Shown here: one piece after another, positions 45,201 through 54,803 of the stretch | Position numbering within the stretch: the stretch's first letter is position 1 | Layout: the number at the start of each line of letters is the position of its first letter | From: a virus | DNA: 64,000 bases | Virus record (IMG/VR): IMGVR_UViG_3300044609_000721 | Reading direction: 5' to 3' (one strand) | Position numbers and translations under genes: made by a program | The notes under the pieces: generated by a model | Database searches by the model: none | The model's input: only the letters and a program-made list of their open reading frames with translations | Told to the model about the DNA's origin: nothing

Positions 45201-46990
45201 GTAGATGCAGGAGCAGTATCTCCACCCAAAGTGATGATTGGATCATCAACTGTCATTGTTGTTGAATTGACTGTTACTGTTGTACCATCAACTAATAGAT
45301 CACCTTTAATTTGAACAGTACCAGTATTGTTTCCAACTCCAGCAGGATCTAGAATAATTGTAGAATTGGTTGAACTGATTGCATTATCAGAGAAATATAT
45401 ATCTTCTACTCTGACATCTGCTCCACTAGAAATTAGTGAAATTTGCTGAGATGAAGAAACACTTATTGTTGAGTTTGTCGATTGGAGTAAGATGGAATCG
45501 TCTGCGGTAATCTCCATCTTAGCTTCACCAGTTCCAGCATTATTTGCTGTAAATCTTAGGAAGCGGTTAGATGCAGTATTTGCATCCATTAAAATAGTTA
45601 AAGAACCAGCACGATTAATAGTCTGTACTGTAGTGCTGGTTTTATCTAGAGTAATATCCGAGAAGATATTTGCAGTTACAGTATTGATATCAACATTACT
45701 AGTTGCTGGATTGTCACTATTGATACTGCGTATTAGTGGATTTCCAGATGTATCATTTACTGATAGATCATTAATTGTAGTTAAACCTCTATAACCAGTA
45801 GATGCTGTTAGTTCATTATCCAGTTCGTATGCGGTATATGTGGATCCGTCTGCAAAACGAACTTGATTATTTTGTAGTTGTGTATTATCAACACCATTAA
45901 ATGCAATACTTACGTGACCGTCTGCATTAACATCAAAGTCTTCTTGTGCAAATGATGCTAGTCCCTTTTGACGAGTAGTTACTACACCTTGATGTCTCCA
46001 CAGGATAACACCATCGGTAATATCTCCAGAAGTATGCGTTGGTGGTGTTGCACCTGATGTACCAGAACTTAGTGCTTCGTATAATCTACCATTATAGACA
46101 ACTTTATCATATCTTGAATATGTATTACCCGTTGCCCAAGTTGGTGAAATAGTTCCTTCTACTGCAGTAGCAATTGGGAAATCTTCTGCATATGTAAATC
46201 TTCCCCACTGGTCAACAGTAAATCTTGTTGCCTTAATTGTTTGTGTGTTACCAGCAATAGTGGGAGTATTATATGTACCCTGAGTAACAGTTGTGTTAAT
46301 TAGATCTAGAGTTGGGTTTCCAGCAACACCAGAACCATTAACTACTGAAATTCTTCCAGGTGTACCAGTAACAGTTCTGGTTGCAACATTACCGTCAGAG
46401 ACGCGAGCAAGAATACCAGTTGTAGATAGATCGGCAATCGCTTGAAGGTCTCTATCAAATGCTTGTGCAGACTCACCTTCTATGGTTCCATCAAGGCCAA
46501 AGTCTGCAATATTGGTTGGGTTTTCTCCGTCTGTAATTCTTCCCTTTGCGTCAACAGTAACTCTGATGTAAGTACCAGAACTGTTGACTGTTCCATCATA
46601 GTGTGGTAAAGTTGGGATTAATCCAAGAGCAGATGATAGGTTTAGGTTTGCAGAACCGTCAAAGGTTGCTGAACCAGTAACGTCACCAGATAGTGCAATT
46701 TGACGAACGTTTGCTAATCGAGTTGCGGTAGCAGCGTTACCAATAAGTGTACCTGTAATAGATCCTGCTGAGAAATTTCCATCAGCATCTCTCTGTACAA
46801 GAGTGTTTGCACTGTTTGCTACTGACTCTAGTGGTCTCTCATATCTTAACGAGTTCCATGATGTAACACCATCACCGATCTTAATACGTCCAGTATCGAT
46901 TTCAATGCCAAGCTCTCCAATCGCTAATGTGGGGTTAACGTTGGACCATTCTTGGGCAGATCCTCTTCTTAATTGAATTCTATTTGCCAT
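42236..46990 (-). CDS. Large tail fibre / adhesin protein (1584 aa)
   Basis: N-terminal IQLRRG...GELGIEIDTGRIKIGDG (Mtd/hyaluronidase-type N-domain); WATG..Y...VYNGRLY CBM5/12-like motif; Thr/Gly-rich repeats. TATAAATA at 47039-47046. Confidence 0.85.
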   Translation of the reverse strand: MANRIQLRRGSAQEWSNVNPTLAIGELGIEIDTGRIKIGDGVTSWNSLRYERPLESVANSANTLVQRDADGNFSAGSITGTLIGNAATATRLANVRQIALSGDVTGSATFDGSANLNLSSALGLIPTLPHYDGTVNSSGTYIRVTVDAKGRITDGENPTNIADFGLDGTIEGESAQAFDRDLQAIADLSTTGILARVSDGNVATRTVTGTPGRISVVNGSGVAGNPTLDLINTTVTQGTYNTPTIAGNTQTIKATRFTVDQWGRFTYAEDFPIATAVEGTISPTWATGNTYSRYDKVVYNGRLYEALSSGTSGATPPTHTSGDITDGVILWRHQGVVTTRQKGLASFAQEDFDVNADGHVSIAFNGVDNTQLQNNQVRFADGSTYTAYELDNELTASTGYRGLTTINDLSVNDTSGNPLIRSINSDNPATSNVDINTVTANIFSDITLDKTSTTVQTINRAGSLTILMDANTASNRFLRFTANNAGTGEAKMEITADDSILLQSTNSTISVSSSQQISLISSGADVRVEDIYFSDNAISSTNSTIILDPAGVGNNTGTVQIKGDLLVDGTTVTVNSTTMTVDDPIITLGGDTAPASTDGKDRGVEFRYYDTQARLGFYGWDSGYTTLAGTTGGYRFLYNATNTSEVFSGTDAGVIAGNLALSSNVGSTSTTTGTLVVTGGTGISQNLWVGGNLNIATNSTLQGTLSVTGNTTLNSNVTLVGSDTASTELFKIQNASSVDKFSVDSATGNTSIVGTLSVTGNTTLNSNVTLVGSNTAATELFKIQNASAVDKFVVDSSSGNTTISGTLGVTSATTLSSTLGVTGATTLTGNVTLQNASYLYSQNNNTPTIAVDGSNNYIISGGDYGSFRYDGGGYISGDVLFASDVFVNGAINVKDSGDTGVASTVNNISVRYKATLGTQIAYTPTHASDTTTNLRVVGGAGIQTDLYVGDDLYVGKLNSGDTVKFSVLGESGDTSISGTLAVTGNATLTSDLAVNGGDITTTSSTATLFNSGATTLNIGQAATTISIGATTGTLTVRNANTVITGNLTVNGTTTTVNSTTITVDDPIITLGGDTAPASDDNKDRGIEFRYFDLSAKLGFFGWDDSSAGYRFLENATNTSEVFSGTDASLFAGSLTLSKAGTALSVTNNASIGGTLGVTGVTTLSSTLGVTGTTTLTGQLTANGGALIRNVRVGLTAVNEIDTSSGNLILDSAGGTVQIEDNVTITGTLTANNADIVGTARDARKWTTARTISLGTDLSGSVSIDGSSNVTLGATLSNTGVSSGTYTKVTVDTKGRVTSATQASTSDISEGSNLYFTDERVQDAVATALTTNASHNGISVSYNDAGNAINISRNTLSYTYQNYSGTGSRVAFQANSGRNTADLLVVADRLLQTPVVDYNYFDQVSYGSVGGHTGESTITVPSNVGLTTGMPVSGNGIGSGAEITNISGNTITLSAANTSFLKRATIATIGTPIGANVPSASNQTYTNVSSTTSGAGSGATFNVSRGTAGVITSVTVNNGGTNYSIGDTVVIPGTNVGGSAPTDNITFTVSSTSTTTTTATFSPIVKFTSAPTAGSNNVTVRYLPL
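43758..45250 (-). repeat. Identical 47-bp direct repeat at 43758-43804 and 45204-45250, inside a duplicated ~90-aa fibre module
   Basis: gatgcaggagcagtatctccacccaaagtgatgattggatcatcaac occurs twice. Confidence 0.9.
44576..44881 (-). repeat. Tandem 153-bp (51-aa) repeat, two copies, within the fibre
   Basis: TLSVTGNTTLNSNVTLVGS.TA.TELFKIQNAS.VDKF.VDS..GNT.I.G twice. Confidence 0.9.
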
Positions 46991-47045
46991 CGGTGATTAT
47001 CCCAAATTTGTTAGATATACTATATGATTCTCTTTATGTATTTAT

Positions 47046-47075
47046 AAAAAACAAATGGGGGTTATTAACCCCCAT
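47046..47075 (-). terminator. Terminator after the VrlC-like operon
   Basis: ATGGGGGT-N5-ACCCCCAT followed by TTGTTTTT on the minus strand. Confidence 0.65.
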
Positions 47076-47094
47076 AAAGATAACTTAGATTATA

Positions 47095-47292
47095 TCAATC
47101 TTCTTTGATCACTGGTTCTTCAGTCTTTGCTTCAAGAAATTCTAGTGTTTCAATAGCACCTAGTAATTTTAGTGCTTGTACTTCATTTTCCTTAATCTTT
47201 TGTGCTAGTTGTTGATTCTCTGTGACCAAAGATTGGTAACGAGTACGGAAAGAATTAAGTAGTTCACCAGAATCAGTTGTCTCAATCGTCAT
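47095..47292 (-). CDS. Small coiled-coil hypothetical protein
   Basis: 65-aa ORF, ALKLLGAIETLEFL. Confidence 0.65.
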   Translation of the reverse strand: MTIETTDSGELLNSFRTRYQSLVTENQQLAQKIKENEVQALKLLGAIETLEFLEAKTEEPVIKED

Positions 47293-47524
47293 GTTGTTTT
47301 ACCTCAATCAATTTTGTTAATAAATTTTTAATATCACCAATATCAGATTTTAGGGATTCTACATCATCTTTTAGATTATGTAACTCTTCCTTCTCTCTTT
47401 TCAACCTTTCGTAGTTTCTAAGATAGTTCTGATATTCGGTTTCATTCTTATTTATGATAGCATTGGTAGAGGGATCTCTGACCAAATCATTATGATTCTC
47501 TATTTTTAAAAAATTATTTTCCAT
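47282..47524 (-). CDS. Small conserved coiled-coil protein following the VrlC-like gene
   Basis: LVRDPSTNAIIN...LKSDIGDIKNLL. Confidence 0.75.
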   Translation of the reverse strand: MENNFLKIENHNDLVRDPSTNAIINKNETEYQNYLRNYERLKREKEELHNLKDDVESLKSDIGDIKNLLTKLIEVKQHDD

Positions 47525-50500
47525 TATGAAGCAGTCGCAATTGTTCTGAAGTATTTGATTTTAGGTACCTTTGCCTGATTTGTTGAAGACATGGCGATTT
47601 TGATCTGGAACTTGACAAATTCGAGTCCAGAAGCAGTGTATTCATACTGTTTGAAGATCTCGTCATTTACTGGGAGAACTGGGTTATCAGGACTTCCATC
47701 AGTATTGAAGAAACTCCAAGCAATATCTTCTTCTGCTCCAGCAAAACCTACTGGTACTGCTCTGTAAAGAACTCTAATTGTTGCGTTTCCAGGTCTATAA
47801 GCATCAAAGTATACTTTGATCGATCTTGACACCTGATTATCCAGAGAAATCATTCTAGTAATATACGCAGCATCATGAGGATCGCCAGTAGCAAGAGCAG
47901 CATCCTGCCAATTTGATGGATTATTAATTCTGCTTGTTGTTGTGATTGCGCTACATCTATCCAAATCAATCACTGGAGATACTAAGTTTGAATCTGAATT
48001 CAATAGACATTCTAATGTCATTGACTTATTACCAGATAATTTAGCATTCTCATTGACTTTAGATAGTACCAAGAACTGTGAACCTAAGTTATTTGATTCA
48101 TTGATATCTACCTGTCTATAGTCTCCAGTGTTAACAAATGATGGCTCCGATGTAGCATCACCGCCAATTGACGTTCCAGTTACACTATTTAATCTTGCCT
48201 TAATATCAGTTCCATTAACAGTAACATGTCCAATCAGAGGTGTTAATACTTCATAGCAAACATTTTGTGAAGCAGTTACATTAGAACCACCGCCAGAAAT
48301 TCCAACGGATGAGATGGAACTAGTTTCAATTTCATATGTATCCAATGTTGTATCATATACAGCATCGTGAGATTTATTGATTTCAATCAATGGAATACCA
48401 TCTAAGTTATAGCATTCGACTAAATCACCCTCAGTATGGTTTGAAATAGCAGCGCCTCCCGAAATACCTCGGCCATTCACACTCTTGATCGTGATTGAAG
48501 TATTCTCATCAGTAATGGCAGTATATGCCATAATTTCACCATTGATTCTCAAATAACCTGGGTTGTCGCTACCAATAGGCAATCCATTGATTGTTTTATG
48601 GAATGCAGTAGCATCAGCAACAGATAGAGTGAGATCTGTTGTAGTAATTGATGTTCTTAATGTTGTTGGTGAAACTTCAGATACCGCATTTGAGATGACT
48701 ACAGAGTTTGTGATATCATGCATACCATGATTACTATGTAGAATCTTAACTCTTCTCTCCGAAGATGCAAATGATGGTGGGGTAGAAATGTACTTATTGT
48801 AGGAATCTCCTGCATACACTGGCGCCGCTGGAGATGAAAGAATTGTACTATCTACAACTGGATTTGATTGTCTTAGTACTTCACCAACTTCAAATTGATC
48901 TGAAATATAGTTCAATTGTAGTTGACCATTACCAATATTCCATCCAGTAATGATTGCTGTTGCACCAGATGTTTGACCAGTTACTGTCTTACCAATAGCA
49001 TAGTTGCCAGTTAGAACACCTACTTGAGTAGAAACATATAATGTTGATGTTGACTGACTACTTACGATTGGATATGTGATAACATCACCGACTTGATCGC
49101 CCTGAACAAATTGACCTTCAATATCAGTTACTGTAATTTGATTTGGTGATGCATTAGTATTAACTTCAATAATTGTAGCAGAAGCGTTGGTTGTCTTTTG
49201 GTAAATTCTAGATCCGAGAGTGTATGATGCAAGATCATCATTCATCGTCAATGTTAGATTCGCCTTCTTGGTCTCAATTGGATTTTCTCTCAAGTTGATG
49301 ACACCTCTATTTCCAATATCGAGATCCGCATTGTTTAGAGTCAACTTACCGCCAGAGGTATCGAAGTTAGCTCTGTATACATTAAACTTGAGATCCTGCA
49401 GTTGATTTGGTGACCATGTGGAAGCATTTTGAGATTTGAATAGAACACCAGCATATGGTTGTGCTGAGATTGTTCTATCTCCAGTGATATCTACCTGACC
49501 CATTTCAGAAATCCAAATAGTATATTCATTAGAATCTGATAGAATTGCAAAACAATACTCCTGTGTATCAGTTAGGTATACAGGTGCTGGGAATTTGAAT
49601 GTAGTTGGAATTGACGCATTCTCTGAGATCTCTACACTTTCTGGATATACAGTAACTGTAGACATTGGTAGAATCTTGCTGGTTGGGGAACCATTCTCCA
49701 TTGTTCTGATCTGACAAGTGACAGGAATATTTTGATCTTTACTTGCGAAAAATACTTCAACCTTAGAGATGAAGCAACCACCCCTTTCCTGAACAATGAA
49801 TGATTGAGCTAGAGGGTCATACCAACCAAGGGTTACTTGTTCATTTCTTGTTCTACTTGTAGTAATTTGTTGACGCAGTTGATCAGTTACAATCTCAGCA
49901 TTTCTTACCGCCAGAATTGTTTCCTGATTTGTCTCAAGAATACCAGTTGCCTCGTATCCAATTTGAGCGTTGGAAATTGTTGTACCACCTGGAATTCCTA
50001 CCTGGTTTGTTGAACTATTTGAAAGAACAAATGTTCTTCTTCCAGTTGCCCAGCGAGGATTTGTGGGACCATCTGCTCTTGGGATAAAGAATGATCCCTT
50101 AACAGTTCCCTTCCTATCTGTAAACAATCTTCTATCTCTTACAATTGCTCTAGCGTTCGATGTCTGACCAATTAAAATGCAACCAATCTCAATATTACCA
50201 AAGTAAGTACCATTTGCTTGGGAGGCAAGAGCGTCGGTATCAATGTTTAGATATGCAGTAGTTGAAGAATATTGCTCCGCTAATTCAATGTCAGTATATG
50301 GGTTGAATCTGTATCCATCATTAAGAGCAGCAACTTTTGCTCTAAAGATGGGAATAGATTCTGTAATTGCACCACCAGTAGCATTTCTCGATGTGATTCT
50401 ATATGCAAATACATTTTCTCCAACTACAAATGGGTTGTTTGTGGTTGCAGCATCTTCCGATGGATTTTTAATTAGTTCAATAATCTTTGGAGTTATATTA

Positions 50501-53500
50501 GTTGATACTGGAACATTATCGAAGAATCCAAAGAATTGTGAAGATGGTTTGAGTCTTTCACCAATAAATGAAACGTTTCTTGATCTAATAAAAGGTACGT
50601 TTTGTCTTGAAACGATACGTGATCCTAGACTTCTGTTATCGAATCTGGTGACTAGTCTCTGTTGAGTACCTGTTCTTCTCTCGATGATACCAGTGGTTGT
50701 TACAGTTCTGTTAACACCCCATGAGTTACCCCAGTTCCAAGAACTAGTATTAGTTACTGTAGTTCTTGAACCAGACCAATCTTCAACCCAAGCATTCCAC
50801 ATAGCAGGACCAAGACCATTCTGATCTGCTCTGATTTTTTCTGCCTGGTACTGGAAGTTACCTTCAATCTGAGTCACTAAGGCTGGTGCAACCTGAGTTT
50901 CTACCCAGTCATCACTAGATGGATTTAGTTGAATTGAACCAAGGAAAGTAAAGACATTAAATGGGTTAACGTTCTCAACCTGTGAAGCATATGGCTGCTC
51001 AATAAGCAACTGATCAGTAAATGGAAGAGTTACAATTCTATTATTAATTGAAATGTTGCTGGACTGTGATAGATTAATTTGCAGAGGAATATTGGTGGTG
51101 TAGTGAGAAGGTCTCATCTGTCTGTTGGTCAAGTCAACAGAGGCGTTATAATCAGGATTCTCCAAATCTGCAACGTCTTGGTTTTCAAAAGTATCAACCA
51201 AATATCCATTCTTAAACTTATCGTTACCAAACTCATCCTTAATAGTTAATGAATTTGTTTCTTGCTCAAGTAAGTTGAGTGCGCTGTAATATTCAACGTT
51301 CTTGATTCTCTTATCTAGAAGTGCAATATCTTTCATGGTGTATCTTCTGATATCTTCTTTGAAGATAAATGAATCCACTTCAGGATTGAAACCGTATGCC
51401 TCATGAGCAATAACTGCTAAAAGCATTGAATTGTCAACTTCTGGTGGTACTGTTGGATATTCTGCTGGAGTACCAATCGTCACGAAGAATGTACCTAAAG
51501 TATCTACGGATAATGTATCCATTCTCCTTAGATAGAAACAATAATCACATCTAAAATCAGAATTTACTTTGGGAATATCAAAAGTAGTTGCCTGAGCATC
51601 ATACACTCTACTATTGAAATCTAAACTAGAGCACTGTAAATAGAATGGATTTGATACAGTACCACCACCACTTACAAGATCTTTAACACCAGGTCTAAAA
51701 TCAAGCACGTCTCTCAGATTTTTTTCCTGAGAATCTGAAGTTGATACTGACGTAATTGGAGAAACGTATGTTGGGATATTATCGTATCCAATACCAACAT
51801 AAGAGTCGATATTAAAATAATCACCCGTAGATTCATGTGTGAAATAATCTGCAACGATCTTTAATTTTCTGATAGGTGCAGATGAACCAGGTCTTCTCTT
51901 TAAATATGAAATACCATAGTTGAATGATGACTCTCCAGTGTGCAATTCAAACGAAGATGTGATATTTCTGCTTCCTGCGAAGATTGATCCATCAGCATCA
52001 CTAACCAGACCTTGAATTGTAATGCCTAGTCCATTGACACCAATGATTGTTTCGTTCTGTATAAATTGATTTGATGTTTGATATACTACAGATAGTTTTA
52101 GTGTTGTTGAACTGAAATCTACAACGATACCCTTAGCACCAGATGTTTTTCCTGTAACAAGAGATCCAATTTGGAAGAACGCTGATTCAACCAGTGTCAC
52201 ATAAGGAACTTGAGCCTCATTATCGTCATACGATTCGTATATAGCATGAAGTTTATATACGTCTTTGGTACCAAGAGAGATTTCTTTATCTTCAATTCTA
52301 GTGCCATATAGATTGGTGTATGACAGCCCAAATGGAATTTGATCGCTGAGTTTGGAAGTTCTATTTACCTTCCAAACGGTCATCTTGTTGGAATTTTTAA
52401 TTTTTTCAGTAACAACATTCTTAGAAATAGATGCAATCAATCTTACTGAAGTGATCCCAACAAGATTACTTACGGAAATAGTAGATCTTGGAGTTCCAGA
52501 TGTATTGAATGTTGCATATCCAGCAGATCCAGATAGTGCTGTCTGTAGAGGAATTACATTACCAACTGCATACGAGCTTCCACCAGAAACTCCAGTTACA
52601 GTTAGATTATAGTTCTCAAACTCAACAGAACCGAACTGTTCATTTTCAGCAAGAGAGATTGAGAAACTATTACTGATGACCTGAGACTCATATGTTCTCC
52701 TGACCACCATACTTTCATCAGTTATCTGCTTAATTGCTTTCTTTGGCATCTCAGTGAAGAGATCACCATTCTGCTTACCTTCTAATTGTGGACGTATTCT
52801 AACAACAGTTTGGTATTGACTGTTGTTAGATGGTGAGAATCCAGCAGAAGGAGTTACCTTAATTGTTTGAGATGAATAGTTGAAAATCGTGGATAGGTTA
52901 TATGATGATGGGATACTATCTACTTTGAAATACTGAGTTGCACTAATGTAGAGAAGATCTCCAGGTTTTACCTCTGGTGCAATGTTACTGTTAAAACCAG
53001 TTAAAATACCAGTACCACTAGTATAAGTAAAGTATGTTCCAGTTAATCTATATTGTTCAGTTGCTCTTGCGTCACATGAGAAGATTATGCTAGAACCAGC
53101 ACTATTTCTACCTAGAATTTGCTTAGTGTCTGAGAAATTGAACGTATATGGAGCAGCCGATACTGTTCCCTTATCTCTTCCGTCTACCTGAATAACTTCA
53201 CCAATTCTGAAAGTACCCTGAACATCCGTAAGAGTTAAAGTATCTCCAGTATATGAAGCTTCTCCAGGAGACACTCTGAGTAAACCAGTAGCTCCACTAA
53301 TTCTGCCAACTACTTGAGAACCTGCTTCGATTGTAGTTGAGGCAGACAACTTCAACTTAGTGTGAAGTGAAATATCGAATAGATATAAGTTATATGTATC
53401 ATTGCTATTTGCATCAATCAAATCTCCACCAGAACCAGAATACTCCCAGTTCATTACTCTAGCAACACCAATTAAGTTGCCAGCAGCAACACCAGGAGTT

Positions 53501-54786
53501 GATGAAAACTCGCTTCGTAGTTCTACAATTTGGTATGATGATGTGATATCTGGACCAGTAATTACTGGAGCTCCATAAACATTTTGTACTGATGTATAAT
53601 TACCAAGTTCGAATGGGATAATATTATTCTGCAGGCAATTGTATTCTCTTGATTTTGGGAGATCTAGGAAAGTTGCTTGAGTTGTTTCTACTGAATATCC
53701 CTTTAGATATACTTTTCCTGGTGAAATTTCTACCGCATATAGTTCTGAAGACGCAACAACTTTAGTATCTTGAGTTACTTCTCCAGGGAGATATACACCA
53801 TTATTGAAACCATCATTGAGAGATTCTCTTACCTTAATATCAAATGGTCTGATCATGAAATCACCCACTTGGTCGTAGGTTCTTCTAGCTAGTTCCTTCT
53901 CTAGTTCATTGTAAACTGTTCTATCTACGTATTGTTGTACCTTACCTTTTACAATACGAATTAATTCTAAGAAGTTTTTATCTGCAGTATCGTCTAGTGT
54001 CTTTTTAATTAGTGTTGTCTTGATCCTAAAACGATGACCACCAGGAGCAGCGTAGTTGGATGATCCAGCAGCATTATCATTTAGTGAAGGATCATCTTCA
54101 GAAGTGATAATTGATTCCGAAACTTCCAAACCAACTCTATATGATGGATCCTGACCGTATTGATCTAGGATAACATACTGATAAGGAACATCAATGAAGT
54201 AACCCCTAATAAAATATACGCCAGTATTCACATATGCAGTAGAAGCAATAGTAGTTCCACCATTGGGGAGTAGTTGTGCAAATGGACTTCCAATCTCAAG
54301 GAGACTGTTACCAAATGTCAACTCTCTATCTGCAACCAATTGTTCATTATCTAAAAATCTGATGATGGTCTTATCATCTCCACCTGCCTCAATATATTTC
54401 ACATAGAAAGTGATAAATCCCTTCTCCGATTCATCTGATGAAATGGAGTAAATTACCTTTGCTTTTACCCCAGTCGTCAGACCAGTAATGATTGCTCCAT
54501 CGAGTTGAGTCCTATACTCTTCTACGTTAGTTCCCAGGAAACTGGATTGAACCAGAATACCATCTACGTTATTGTCAAAACCAACCTGACCAGGGATAAC
54601 CATGGCCCCATCTTTAAAGAAGTGAGTACCTAAACTCTCTACCTGATTTTGCAGAATAGACTGCATTGTGGTAAGTTCTCTTGCCTGAATGGGGAATCCA
54701 GGTCTAAAAAGAACCTTGTAAAAGTTCTTAAACTTATCAAAATCGTCATAATATGGGCTGACGTTCAGGTTGGTATTTTGTGGCAT
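47524..54786 (-). CDS. VrlC-like (DUF4815) large baseplate/virion structural protein
   Basis: MPQNTNLNVSPYYDDFD...VLFRPGFPIQARELTTMQSILQNQ; RYTMKDI..LDKRI..VEYY; FKNGYLVD.F. Confidence 0.9.
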   Translation of the reverse strand: MPQNTNLNVSPYYDDFDKFKNFYKVLFRPGFPIQARELTTMQSILQNQVESLGTHFFKDGAMVIPGQVGFDNNVDGILVQSSFLGTNVEEYRTQLDGAIITGLTTGVKAKVIYSISSDESEKGFITFYVKYIEAGGDDKTIIRFLDNEQLVADRELTFGNSLLEIGSPFAQLLPNGGTTIASTAYVNTGVYFIRGYFIDVPYQYVILDQYGQDPSYRVGLEVSESIITSEDDPSLNDNAAGSSNYAAPGGHRFRIKTTLIKKTLDDTADKNFLELIRIVKGKVQQYVDRTVYNELEKELARRTYDQVGDFMIRPFDIKVRESLNDGFNNGVYLPGEVTQDTKVVASSELYAVEISPGKVYLKGYSVETTQATFLDLPKSREYNCLQNNIIPFELGNYTSVQNVYGAPVITGPDITSSYQIVELRSEFSSTPGVAAGNLIGVARVMNWEYSGSGGDLIDANSNDTYNLYLFDISLHTKLKLSASTTIEAGSQVVGRISGATGLLRVSPGEASYTGDTLTLTDVQGTFRIGEVIQVDGRDKGTVSAAPYTFNFSDTKQILGRNSAGSSIIFSCDARATEQYRLTGTYFTYTSGTGILTGFNSNIAPEVKPGDLLYISATQYFKVDSIPSSYNLSTIFNYSSQTIKVTPSAGFSPSNNSQYQTVVRIRPQLEGKQNGDLFTEMPKKAIKQITDESMVVRRTYESQVISNSFSISLAENEQFGSVEFENYNLTVTGVSGGSSYAVGNVIPLQTALSGSAGYATFNTSGTPRSTISVSNLVGITSVRLIASISKNVVTEKIKNSNKMTVWKVNRTSKLSDQIPFGLSYTNLYGTRIEDKEISLGTKDVYKLHAIYESYDDNEAQVPYVTLVESAFFQIGSLVTGKTSGAKGIVVDFSSTTLKLSVVYQTSNQFIQNETIIGVNGLGITIQGLVSDADGSIFAGSRNITSSFELHTGESSFNYGISYLKRRPGSSAPIRKLKIVADYFTHESTGDYFNIDSYVGIGYDNIPTYVSPITSVSTSDSQEKNLRDVLDFRPGVKDLVSGGGTVSNPFYLQCSSLDFNSRVYDAQATTFDIPKVNSDFRCDYCFYLRRMDTLSVDTLGTFFVTIGTPAEYPTVPPEVDNSMLLAVIAHEAYGFNPEVDSFIFKEDIRRYTMKDIALLDKRIKNVEYYSALNLLEQETNSLTIKDEFGNDKFKNGYLVDTFENQDVADLENPDYNASVDLTNRQMRPSHYTTNIPLQINLSQSSNISINNRIVTLPFTDQLLIEQPYASQVENVNPFNVFTFLGSIQLNPSSDDWVETQVAPALVTQIEGNFQYQAEKIRADQNGLGPAMWNAWVEDWSGSRTTVTNTSSWNWGNSWGVNRTVTTTGIIERRTGTQQRLVTRFDNRSLGSRIVSRQNVPFIRSRNVSFIGERLKPSSQFFGFFDNVPVSTNITPKIIELIKNPSEDAATTNNPFVVGENVFAYRITSRNATGGAITESIPIFRAKVAALNDGYRFNPYTDIELAEQYSSTTAYLNIDTDALASQANGTYFGNIEIGCILIGQTSNARAIVRDRRLFTDRKGTVKGSFFIPRADGPTNPRWATGRRTFVLSNSSTNQVGIPGGTTISNAQIGYEATGILETNQETILAVRNAEIVTDQLRQQITTSRTRNEQVTLGWYDPLAQSFIVQERGGCFISKVEVFFASKDQNIPVTCQIRTMENGSPTSKILPMSTVTVYPESVEISENASIPTTFKFPAPVYLTDTQEYCFAILSDSNEYTIWISEMGQVDITGDRTISAQPYAGVLFKSQNASTWSPNQLQDLKFNVYRANFDTSGGKLTLNNADLDIGNRGVINLRENPIETKKANLTLTMNDDLASYTLGSRIYQKTTNASATIIEVNTNASPNQITVTDIEGQFVQGDQVGDVITYPIVSSQSTSTLYVSTQVGVLTGNYAIGKTVTGQTSGATAIITGWNIGNGQLQLNYISDQFEVGEVLRQSNPVVDSTILSSPAAPVYAGDSYNKYISTPPSFASSERRVKILHSNHGMHDITNSVVISNAVSEVSPTTLRTSITTTDLTLSVADATAFHKTINGLPIGSDNPGYLRINGEIMAYTAITDENTSITIKSVNGRGISGGAAISNHTEGDLVECYNLDGIPLIEINKSHDAVYDTTLDTYEIETSSISSVGISGGGSNVTASQNVCYEVLTPLIGHVTVNGTDIKARLNSVTGTSIGGDATSEPSFVNTGDYRQVDINESNNLGSQFLVLSKVNENAKLSGNKSMTLECLLNSDSNLVSPVIDLDRCSAITTTSRINNPSNWQDAALATGDPHDAAYITRMISLDNQVSRSIKVYFDAYRPGNATIRVLYRAVPVGFAGAEEDIAWSFFNTDGSPDNPVLPVNDEIFKQYEYTASGLEFVKFQIKIAMSSTNQAKVPKIKYFRTIATAS

Positions 54787-54803
54787 TTTCTCTTACTACC
54801 TTA

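Noticed and set aside
43758-45250. Possible diversity-generating retroelement (Mtd-like fibre N-terminus plus repeats)
   Set aside because: The repeats are identical rather than differing at adenines, are not at the fibre C-terminus, and no reverse transcriptase is present in the window
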